DNA of 64,000 bases from Eledone cirrhosa (taxonomy: Eukaryota), in assembly GCA_964016885.1 (NCBI GenBank), contig OZ024742.1, positions 206,956,001 through 207,020,000 of the forward strand, read 5' to 3'. The notes beneath the pieces were generated by a model. It was not told the origin of the DNA. It did no database searches and worked only from the letters and a program-made list of their open reading frames with translations. Each line of letters opens with the position of its first letter. The stretch's first letter is position 1. Shown here in pieces: positions 26,244 to 37,078 of the stretch. The translations under genes and the position numbers were made by a program.

Positions 26244-27593
26244 AGGGCGGGTAAAATTCCCGATATCCATGTACGAGTTCTCCTCGTCACACTCTCTTCA
26301 GTCCCTCAAATCTCTCTGTCCTCTGCCTCTCCACACAGAGCACTGAACCTGTTTCTCACTTCTACTGTGAACTTCTGTAGCTTATCCTCTTCCTTGAAAG
26401 CTCCCCTGTCATAGATTGCTCTCGAGGGCTGAGCCTTGCTCATTCTTAAGCTCACCTGGACCTCACTCATAACAAGTCGGTGGTCACTGCTCAGTGTACT
26501 GAAATAGTGGTATGGTTCTTTGTTCAGAACACTATTCCGCCACTTTTTCCTCACCAGAATGAAATCAATCTGGGACTTGGACAGGTGCATATCAGAGATG
26601 TAGGTCCACATCTTCCGCGGATTCTTCCTAAACCCTAGGCTGGTTGCCAACAAGTCCGCCTTCAGCAGGGTGTCCCTCAGTAGTCTTCCAATTCGGTTGG
26701 TGTTGTTATGGAAGTACCAGCAAGGATCTTCACTGCTCTCCTTACTCAGATGTGCAGTGAAGTCACCCAGAACAAGCAGGGTGTTATGAGCTGATGTGGT
26801 GTTTACAGCTCTACACACTTCCTCATGGAACACTTCCACACTCACATCACGTCTCCCTCGGTTGGAATATAGGCGAAGATGATAGTCAGTCTTAGGTTTC
26901 CATTAAATGTCACCCTCAACACTCTCGGAGAGACAGGTATGATTTCTCTCATCAATAGATTGTTTTTTGCACTGAACACAAAACCCACTCCTCCTGCTGC
27001 ATAATTCATTGTGTTCCTCACTGCTGATGTGGTGATGAGCTGGCTCCTCCTCCCAATCATCACACTTCTCACGAGCTCATCATGTAGGATCCTGTGTTCT
27101 TGTATCGCAAGTATCTGCATACCACTCTCCTCGAACAGATGACCCAATACTTCTCTCTTCTCCAGTGACTGAACAGTCCTCACATTCAGAGTGCCCATTT
27201 TAATGACTCTTCTGCAGGACAAAACTGCATTCTTTATATTTGTCTCAGAGACAGCTGATCCATCATCCACTGGCTCTACCTGTCGCTCTAAACCAGCAGA
27301 ATCATAATGGTCAGACTGCTCCTTGACAGTGTAGTTAGGGACTCTAAACCTAGTGCTGTTAAATCCATTCTCCATGGTTCTTTTCAATGGCTGATAATAC
27401 CTTACCAGCGCCACTCGAAGAAGGTAATTATTGAACCGATAAATGGGGCCCTAAAAGGTACTACTACTCCAAGCCAGAGCAGACCTGGTAGTGATAACAA
27501 TTAATTGGTAACTCCACATTCCCCACAGCTCCTGAACTCCTGAACTGGAGCCTAGCCACTGGATGCAGTTTAATGTCATACCCAGGACAATAC
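26242..27593 (-). mobile_element. Internally deleted RTE-like LINE: 5' leader + APE + about 40-bp 3' end
   Basis: MGTLNVRT...AIQEHR...GVGF...AYIPT; LGDF...IDFILV...SDHRLV. 26242-26282 matches the 3' terminus at 33004-33044. Confidence 0.85.
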
Positions 27594-27768
27594 ATATATA
27601 CATATATACACCCCCCTCTCAAGTGTGAAACTAATATTAACATTTTTTACTGCCTCTTCGCCTCCACGTTGTTTTTTGTTTACTGTCTCAACTATATATG
27701 GAGGCATGATGATGATGATGATATATATACACACATATACATATATATATATATACATACACATATAT

Positions 27769-27831
<63 letters not shown>

Positions 27832-27833
27832 TA

Positions 27834-27893
<60 letters not shown>

Positions 27894-27898
<5 letters not shown>

Positions 27899-28077
27899 TG
27901 TCTTGGGTATGACATTAAACTGCATCCAGTGGCAAGGCTCCAGTTTGGGAGTTCAGGAAATGTGGGGAATGTGGAGTTACCAATTAATTGTTATCACTAC
28001 CAGGTCTGCTCTGGCTTGGAGTAGTAGTACCTATTAGGGCCCCATTTATCGGTTAAATAATTACCTTCTTCGAGTGG
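27894..28077 (+). mobile_element. Solo copy of the 5' leader of the 26-27 kb element (SINE-like)
   Basis: Close inverted match to 27411-27593, flanked by (TA)n on both sides. Confidence 0.85.
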
Positions 28078-28079
28078 TG

Positions 28080-28128
<49 letters not shown>

Positions 28129-28139
28129 TATATATATAT

Positions 28140-28381
28140 TAGACCTAGCTTCGTTTAATTGATTACTTGTCTAGTTAATTTCTACGGGCTAAAAGGAATG
28201 ACTAGAACATTTTATCTGACTGTTCCTCGCGGAAAATATTCTGTATTATTTGTCTATTATTTCTTCATAGTTACATTTTAAACTTATAGCCTCATTTAAA
28301 TGATTATTTATCTGGTTGATTTCTATGGACTAGGGTGAGTAAAGACTGGATATATTTTATCTAATAATTCTTCAAACTTGC

Positions 28382-28412
<31 letters not shown>

Positions 28413-29607
28413 CATCTATAACACATACATGCATACGAAAAAGTATGCATACCTGCATGAACATACAGATAAGGTGTACTTACCTATACAAATAAATAAT
28501 GGTATAAATATAAAATATACTCAGCTACCACACATGACGTATATTATCTGTGTATTGTCCGTACTATCCCTTAGGGTATAATGTGCTGCTGTAATACAGG
28601 AAGGTTTTTATGTAATTGGTGTTTACAAGCCGAACTTGCCTCAGACTTTTGGTTTAAGATTTGATCATTGCCGTAGAGTATTTCCAGGGCTTCAGCAGTG
28701 CAAAGATCGCATGGTCTTTTGTTTCCATTATACGATCTAGCTTTAGCTAGGATCTCCCAGTGTAACACCTATATCGGGTGTGGTTGTCTTTTAGACTCCA
28801 GATATAGGCTGAAAGTGACGTCATGTTCCTTCTTAAAGCGTTACGAAAAGAATGGATGTGCATGTAAAGACGCTACTTGAATCTATTGGCAGTTAACCCC
28901 TATGTAGGCCCTACTAGACGTGGGTGTGTCGACCTTACATTCGTAGACAATATTACTGGATAGGTATTTCCCGGATAGAGGGTAGTCTTCCAGATTCCTA
29001 CAATTACAGTTAGTACTAATTACTGGGTTTTTAGTGTTACTACAACTAGGTAATTTGGATAAATTTGATGCAATGGTGTTACGGAGTCGTGCAGTAAAAC
29101 ATTTTAACAGTTTTTCTATTAGATATTTTATTATATTTATGTGCTGAGGGGAAATGCAATCGTTTAACAACTTTATTTACATTAATCTTAAACTCTGGAG
29201 ATGAGAATCATTCGGTTATTCTAAATAGAATTTTAGTCTAATGACTCCATTTATACCATAAACATGTTTTTGTCTTTGTATGAAATTGTTCTCAACGTTC
29301 TAAATAACCACGTAATTATCCTCGCTTTTTCCCGTTCAATTCCAGGGAACGTCTTCACGAACCAAAGTATCGTCTTCCTGTTTTCCTTCGGTTGTAACGT
29401 TTTTTGAAATATTTACTTCTGTGTCCACAAATTGATTTTTTTTAGTTTAAGAAGATCCCGTTAAGGATGAAAGCAGCGATTCTTTGCTTAAACTTTAATC
29501 TGTTATTTTAATAAATATTTGCTCTGCGGGTTTATATATATATATTTATATATCCATAACCCTTATCAAGTCCTCTTCGAGTTTAGTCTTCACATTTAAT
29601 ATTATTG

Positions 29608-29610
<3 letters not shown>
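28140..29610 (-). mobile_element. Internally deleted Penelope-like element (GIY-YIG C-terminus + flanks)
   Basis: CNCRNLEDYPLSGKYLSSNIVYECKV...YIG; WEILAKARSY...CDLCTAE...LNQKSE...CKH. Confidence 0.85.
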
Positions 29611-29639
<29 letters not shown>

Positions 29640-29640
<1 letters not shown>

Positions 29641-29880
29641 CATCATCATCATCATCATCGTTTTAATGTCCGCCTTCCATGCTAGCAAGGGTTGGACAGG
29701 TCTACATGGACCAAGTCAGTACAAAAGTGAAGCTATTGATTTTCCAGACAAGGCAGGGATCTGCAGTTTACTTATGTACGTTCTCATATCTTCGACACAA
29801 CTGAGAGTCCTCCCAACCCTTTGCTTGACAAACTGTACAGCCCTTCTTATCACCAATCACTTTACAGTGTGTACAAAGAA
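29640..29880 (-). mobile_element. RTE/SINE 3' tail
   Basis: (CAT)n-gttttaatgtccgccttccatgctagc... Confidence 0.6.
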
Positions 29881-30078
29881 AAAGAGGGGAAGTTGTAATA
29901 CTCACGGAATGTTAGATAAATGCAAAACTGCTGAGGGGGGAGGGGATATGTTCTGACAGTTCTTTGAACCTGGTCACTTGAATCTGTGAAGTGGGAAACG
30001 TGTGTAGTCTCTTGTTAAGCCGGAATCCTGCCAAATAAAACAGACAGTAGCAGAATATGAGAAAAAAACAAACCAGAA

Positions 30079-31396
30079 TCTATAATATTATAAAGCTGAG
30101 TGTCGTGTGTATGTATTATATATGTATCCTACACACCTCCCTATAGTTTCTTAGCTTTACTCTCTCCGTCGCTCTTCCCTCTCTCTATAATAGAGCATTC
30201 CCCCTCTCTATAATTTAACTGCTTTACTCTCTCTGTAGCTCTTCACTCTCTATATGACAACACTCTTTTACTTTCCGTATCTACCTTCAATATATCAATA
30301 TATACCCAGGTTCTGCTGCACGTCGGGCTGAGGAGGCCAAACTCCTCAAATACCGGTCGGTCTCAGACAGGTTTGCGTTCGTACCCCTGGCAGTGGAGAC
30401 TTCTGTTGTCCTTGACCCCAGGGCCACCTCCTTACTCACCACCATAGTTGCTGAGCTGGCCAGCCGCAGGTGTGAGCCCCGCGAGTTGGAGTAGCTTTTC
30501 CAGTGCGTCTCCCTTGCCGTCGTCCGGGGAAACGCCTTCTCCACTCTGTCCGCCGGGGCTGTGGGTGGGCCCCATCGCGTACCGTTGTAGTTGTTGTATA
30601 AAGATATTAACTCATCAATCCCATTATTTATATCATATATCAACATAGAGATGAGCGTCGTATGTATGTTTATTTCAAAAGGATAACCTTCAAATTCGGT
30701 CAACACACAAGCAGGTAATACATACATCAAAAGGCAACCCTCTTAGAGAGACAGAGTGAAAGAGACAGATTAGGAAAACTACACACATGCACGCATCTAA
30801 AGAGAGAGAGAGGAGAGAGGAGGGAGAGAGAGACAGATAAAGAGAAACAGAGGCACGGGCAAGCAGGTAATATATACACCTAAAATCATTTGGATACAAA
30901 TATCATAATATGACGGTTGCAGAACGAAAATACAGACAAATATAATAATGTATGTATCCCACACACTTTTTCTGTTGTCACTCGCATAAGAAACACACAC
31001 ACACACAGGCACACGCACACGCACACAAATACACATACTTTCACACCTGATTTCGCCAATTGCCGGATAACATCAAAACAAAACACACAGACACACACAT
31101 GCACATACACACATACACAAATACACACACACATATCTATACTTTATATGTATGTATGATCATTCTTCCTCTCTATAATTTAACTGCTTTACTCTCTCTG
31201 TCGATCTTCACTCTCTATATGACAACACTGTTTTAGTTTCCGTATCTCCCTTCAATATATACACATAGAGAGAGAGAGAGAGAAAGATTTGGAAAACTAC
31301 ACACACACATCTACAGAAAGAGACATAAAAACAGAGGGAGGGCAAAAGAGAGAGATAGGCCGTTAGACAGAGAGAGATACTATTAAAGTGTTAGTT

Positions 31397-31450
<54 letters not shown>

Positions 31451-31542
31451 GGAAGGACAATGTGACACGGGAGGGTGTGTGGTATCTTTGCAGTGGGTGG
31501 GCGGGTATACCTAGCCGAGCGCCAGCCGGACGGGCCAGCTAG
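30079..31542 (+). mobile_element. Non-autonomous Helitron
   Basis: Begins A^TCTATAATATTATAAAG; ends with a GC-rich imperfect hairpin (gccgagcgccagccggacgggc) and CTAG^T; internal duplication about 30203-30296 / 31170-31260; (GA)n and (CA)n inside. Confidence 0.75.
30306..30590 (+). pseudogene. CRE-clade non-LTR retrotransposon RLE C-terminal fragment
   Basis: Manual translation PGSAARRAEEAKLLKY...FAFVPLAVETS...LFQCVSLAVVRGNAFSTL with one internal stop; GC-rich island. Confidence 0.8.
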
Positions 31543-31669
31543 TGTATATATAAATTTAAAAATCACTGAAGATTCAGGGCATTGTCAAACTGACATATAT
31601 TTCTAATCAACATGTAAAGCAGTTTAACTAATCCAGTTAATAATATTATTACTATATATATATATATAT

Positions 31670-31835
31670 GAGAATGCCAGGGAAAATGTGGAATGATGTG
31701 ATGAAGGCCAATCTCATGCAGCTGGATCCCATGAAGGAGATGACCAAAGACTGAGAAAACTGGCAATATTCAGTAATACAGAACAGTCACATCCCCGTGC
31801 AAGTGGAATGAAGCAAGACAAAGAGGATGTCAAAC
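31670..31835 (+). mobile_element. RTE 3' end remnant
   Basis: W.DVMKANL..LD..KEMTKD...W; cccgtgcaag tail. Confidence 0.6.
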
Positions 31836-32424
31836 CACATTCCTCCTTACACCATAAGCCTGAAGAAACAAAGGGGTGATACAACACTAAGGTCCCACCC
31901 CGAACTGCCAATATACTGTTGTATGTCCTGACAGCCTACCCCTTATCCCCTTCTCCAACCTAAACCTGAGGTAGCAGAGAGATGAAACAACTTTCAGGTC
32001 CTCGTCTGGTTCAACCCATGCAAGCAGGGAAAGTTGAAATGAACCATGACTGGTTCACCACCCCTGCTGAGCCCTCGCATCCCCAACATTTTCTCAACCC
32101 AGGGAAGCCTAAAACAAATCAAAGTGATGGATATCACTCACCCATTTGTTCTAAGCAGTATATAAACACCCGCTTCTAGGCCATACCGGGAGACCAGGCA
32201 CTTTCTTGCGATGTCAGACACTATCCATTTCAAGGCCATCACCATGACCCTGTCCAGCAGTGCAATGTCTATAATTCACTAATAATCTTTTGTAATACGA
32301 GTGTAAAAACCCAGCACAATAGTTAGAACTTGGTAACAACATCAAATTGAGCTAGACATAGCTAGACATGGTCACATGAACTAACTTGCTTCATAACATG
32401 TCTAACCCGGGCAAGCATGGAAAT

Positions 32425-32512
<88 letters not shown>

Positions 32513-32522
<10 letters not shown>

Positions 32523-32618
32523 AGATCAAAAGATGGTTAAATGAGTTCCATGTATTTTATTATGCGCATAATAAAATACATGGAACTCATTTAACCATCT
32601 TTTGATCTTATATATTAT
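32513..32618. repeat. Perfect 106-bp palindrome (53-bp arms, no loop)
   Basis: ataatatataagatc...tattatgc|gcataata...gatcttatatattat. Confidence 0.97.
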
Positions 32619-32789
32619 GTATACTCCAGTCCTACAAACTGTAGAGTGCTTCTTATCCGATATCTGCATTGCTTTATTGTACTACAATAAAACTCACCTC
32701 CTACATATATATATATATGTGTGTGTATATATTTATATATATGTATGTGTGTGTGTGTATGTATATATTTATATATATGTGTGTGTGTA

Positions 32790-33058
32790 TTTCCAAAAGT
32801 GACACAGAGGAGACTGAGGTTGGCTGGACATGCTCACCGACATCCAGAGTTGACATTGCACTCAGTGCTCCTTTGGGAGCCCCTACATGGACACACTAGA
32901 AGAGGAAGACCAAGGTTAACATATGTTGATGCCCTAAGGACAGACACTGGTCTGTTGGAGATGCAGGATATGGCAGCGATAATGAGGGACAGAGACCGCT
33001 GGAGAGAACTCGTCCATGGATCTCGGGAATTTTACCCGCCTTAGATAGATAGATAGAT
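32790..33058 (+). mobile_element. 3' end of RTE-like LINE (same family as 26242-27593) with (TAGA)n tail
   Basis: RRLRLAGHAHRHPE...LLWEPLHGHTRRGRPRLTYVD...DRDRWR. Confidence 0.88.
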
Positions 33059-33611
33059 ATGTGTGTGTGTATGTATATATTCATATATGTGTGTGTATAT
33101 ATTTATATATATGTGTGTGTATGTATATATTTATATATATGTGTGTGTGTGTGTATGTATATATTTATATATATGTGTGTGTGTTTATATATATACACAC
33201 ACACACACATATATATATAAATATATACATACATACATTTAAAATTACAAGGGAACGGACAAAGATGATGTTAATATTTCATTCCACACTCATTTCTTCG
33301 TATTTGCTTTATCATATCCAAATGCAACACAGTACTTTCCAAGGGAACGGGCAATGGCTTCAAGAACACACCCCTATTTGAGCTAGACACGGTCACCCAA
33401 CCCAACTTGCCTCAAAATAGGACTCATCTAACCCATGCTAGCATGGAAGATGTACGTTAATTGATGATGATGATGATATAAACTTAAGAAAATTAACAAA
33501 GAGAGGGCAAGACAATGAATGAGAACAAGGTAAAATGAAAAACATTTTTTTAAAGGGAAACCTTAAAAAAAACATAAAAAAAATAAAAACGAAAGACACA
33601 GAACTCCTGGG

Positions 33612-33706
33612 TCATCGGCTGTTGAGATGGACTTTGGCAGTTTCAGCCTCTACCAATGGTACTGTTGGTCCACCCAGGGTCACAGTGTCTGACACAAACC
33701 AAAGTG
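33612..33706 (-). CDS. Candidate terminal exon of an unidentified host gene
   Basis: Pyrimidine-rich acceptor ...ctggacAG; phase-1 reading LWFVSDTVTLGGPTVPLVEAETAKVHLNSR*; non-repetitive sequence. Confidence 0.3.
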
Positions 33707-34261
33707 CTGTCCAGTGGAGTAAGAGATGAAAAATAAACATTAATTTATAGCAATTAAGCTGTAACAAGTACACATAGAATTTTATCTAATACAAGGACAA
33801 AAGTGCGGTGATTTTTATAGCATGAAAGTCTCATGAATGAAACAAAGGAACAAAAAGGAAGAAAAAAGTAGTGTATATATATATATATATAGCCATGTGT
33901 ATCCAGTTTAGAATGAGTTCAAGATATCCCTGTATGTTGTAAAAAGTGACTAAAAGGTTTGCTATCAGGAAGGGTACCAGTGGTAAACATTGCCTCAAAA
34001 AACTGTCCAATCCATACCAACATGGAAAAGTTCATGCAAAAACGATGATGTGTTCTCTTTGTTGAGAATTGTCAAATGTGTTAATTCAGAGCATGCTACT
34101 ATTACATTTCAAAATAAGCATAGAGGGCATCTGAATGTGGTCATTCACATATCCTACAATTTACAAAACAGAAAGACACATTGGATAAAGTAGTTCTAGA
34201 TACACTATTTTTTTTCTTTTGTTATAAGATTGTCTGACCTGGGGGTGAACAGCAATCTTAC

Positions 34262-34285
34262 ATTTTCGGCTCTTTCTACAAATAT
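34262..34285 (-). CDS. Candidate 24-nt microexon
   Basis: tttttttAG|ATATTTGTAGAAAGAGCCGAAAAT|GTaaga; phase 1-1. Confidence 0.25.
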
Positions 34286-34464
34286 CTAAAAAAATTCAGC
34301 ATTGAACCTCTAGGCTCATTTTGCTAGAACTTCTCCCAGTTTGATGGGATGATAAGGGTCTCAAAGTATAAGACATTCCCTTAGACAGGACATCAGTTCA
34401 TTTTATGGCTAATATTTAGCTGCTGCTGGTGGTATTAATTTTTTTCAGCTGAGTTGACTGGAGC

Positions 34465-34892
34465 CATCATCATAATCACCGTTTTACGTCCGTTCTTCCA
34501 TGCTAGCATGGGTTAGACCGATTGTCCTGTTGTGTGCAGTAGCCAGTCGGCTGACCATGTCTTGCTCATACGGGAACTGATTCTGGCTTGGTTTCTACAG
34601 CTGGATGCCCTTCCTAGCACCAACCTCATTTACAGTGAGTGCTGGGTGCTTTTTACCGTGGCGCCTACGCGTCCACTTTACAGTGTGGGCTGGGTGCTAT
34701 TTTGCCGTGGCACCTCCACGACCACTTTGCAGTGGGAGGGGGTGGGGGCATATTGTCTATATGCTTCAAATTCGGCTTGTACCCATGGGGGGTCGGGTCT
34801 TCTTTATCACGGTCGTGTGTCATCGCCTTTGAGAGGTGCAATTGGGTAAGGTCGACTTTTATCATCTCATCCCAGGTCTTCTTGGGTCTCCC
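34465..34892 (-). mobile_element. RTE 3' end, same subfamily as 24880-25335
   Basis: High similarity to the 3' UTR of the 22031 element. Confidence 0.9.
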
Positions 34893-35638
34893 GAGACAAA
34901 CAAGCTAATCACCAGGTCACATGCCTTCACATCTACCTGTTTACTAGAATTTAACACTTTCAGTACCATATTTCTAATCAAATACACTATCCATGATGTA
35001 TAAGTTATTTTGAAAATAACAATGAATTTAGAGATTGAATAATATAAGTAACTTTCTCATTATTTTGGAACATAGCTTAAAGATTCTTACATAAAGTTAT
35101 GATGGAATGTTATAAATATAAACACTTATATCACAGAACTAAGGGCAGTTTCATGTAGTTTGGTATCAAAAGTGTTCAAATATATGGCAATATTTATAAA
35201 AGTATGTTCAGTAGACTATGGTTCAGCAATACTTATAGTATGTTAGTGACGTGCATGCTTACATACATATATACATACATACAAACATAAATATGTATGT
35301 GAGTATATATATGTACATACATACATGTATATATTATAAGCATGTGTACCATATAATACATACCTATATACACATGTATATACACACAAAATAACAGTTT
35401 ATTGAGAAAATACCATTCTGTCAGACAGTTTTCAAAACAGTAGCTTTTGATTTCTACCCAGAAATTTTAATGGTTGGTTATGTAAACTGTCAGACAGAAT
35501 ATTTCTTCTTTTTTGGTGTCAGTCTGATTGAAAGCAATATATTTAACCATGCCACATGAATCTGGCAATACTCTTTCCCCATTTCATCTACTCATTACAA
35601 TCCTTAGCATGAATAATTTCATGTTCTGAGTTTCTTAC

Positions 35639-35783
35639 AGCTTTTTGAAGGGAAAACAGTTTTATCTTTGTATTTCTTTATTATTTTCCTAATGAAAGAC
35701 ACTGCTGATATTTTCAAATCCTTTTGGAAGTAATAAAGAATTTGGAGTGATTCAGTAATATAACTATTTTTTTCATTATCAAG
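35639..35783 (-). CDS. Candidate internal exon (145 nt) of an unidentified host gene
   Basis: catcAG|CTTGAT...AGCT|GTaaga; open frame LDNEKNSYITESLQILYYFQKDLKISAVSFIRKIIKKYKDKTVFPSKS. Confidence 0.35.
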
Positions 35784-36139
35784 CTGATGTTTAGAAAGTA
35801 ACAAAGATATTTTAAAGATAAATAAATACACTTCAAATTAAACAGTTGTACACTGATAATATGAATTGTGATTGATTGCAGACATCATGCGATTTGGTTT
35901 GCCTTTTCTTTAGAATGTGGTGTGTGACTTGATTAACATTTGGCCATTATTTTTAGTAGGTCAAGCAGCCACTCAAAGTCTTTCTCACTGGAACATTTGT
36001 AGTTATGTGGATCTTTCTGCACGAGTTTGTAACATTTTTTTACTTTTCACAGCATAAATTTAACATCTCAAATTATCAGACAAAAACTAAAAAATAAAAC
36101 ACCCATTCCAGACAACATCAGAACCACCATCAACATTTT

Positions 36140-36345
36140 ACAAGCATTTCAACATGTTTGCATGGGTTGGATGTATCTTTTCTAGCATGGCCTCTATACT
36201 CCATCATTGTTTTTGTGAGCTTCAGCAATTTGTTATTAGCTCACATCACTTCTGTCCATGTTTTTCTTGGTCTTCCTCTACTGCAGCCTCCTTCCACTGA
36301 AATTTCTTGGCTTTTCTTCATGCAACAAGCATCTATCATGCAACA
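36140..36345 (-). mobile_element. RTE 3' end remnant
   Basis: Minus strand encodes a GRPRKTW.EV motif. Confidence 0.6.
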
Positions 36346-37078
36346 TTGCCCATTGTATATAGGTATCATATATCTATAGGTATAATATATCTATTGTTCG
36401 GAGAGAGAAACTGCTATATAGGGAATTATCAATGAATCTGAAAGGTCAGTAGCATTGATTAAGAACTGACTTGGCCTGTGAATACCAATCCAACTCTTAA
36501 TAGCAGATATTAAATGGGGATGATGATACATGTGTGTATATATGCAAATATGCACACACAAATATATGTGCTAAAGTGCTACATGCCATATGACTGGTAA
36601 TGTTAGGAGTATAGTTTGTCACTGTTAATAACAATAGGTAAATCAATAAAAAATGTATAAATATCTACATAAAAATACGTACATATATGAGGAATAAATA
36701 AATATGTTTCATTCATTACAGATGCATATGTTAGCATCACTCAGTCAAACACTACAAATATAATATTAAAGAAAGCAATGATTCAAGAAAAAAAGGAGAA
36801 ATTATGAAATGGAATATACATTTTTCTGTATGTATTACACACTTTATATGTAATATATTCATGTAATATATGTAGTATACTAACACTACAAGCATTTGCT
36901 CTTTATTTATTTGTAAGTTCTTATATTTAAAAACATATTTAAGTCTGCATCCCTCTCTTCCTGTCTCTGTAAGCATATATATGATGAAGCTGATAGCAGT
37001 AGTATATATACACACACACACACGCACATACATATATACATACATACATACATACATACATACAGTCATACATACATA

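Noticed and set aside
25644-26414. Long Tyr/Ile/His/Val-rich ORFs (also at 27573-28024, 57391-57877, 60162-60408)
   Set aside because: Stop-free translations of (TA)/(CA) microsatellites.
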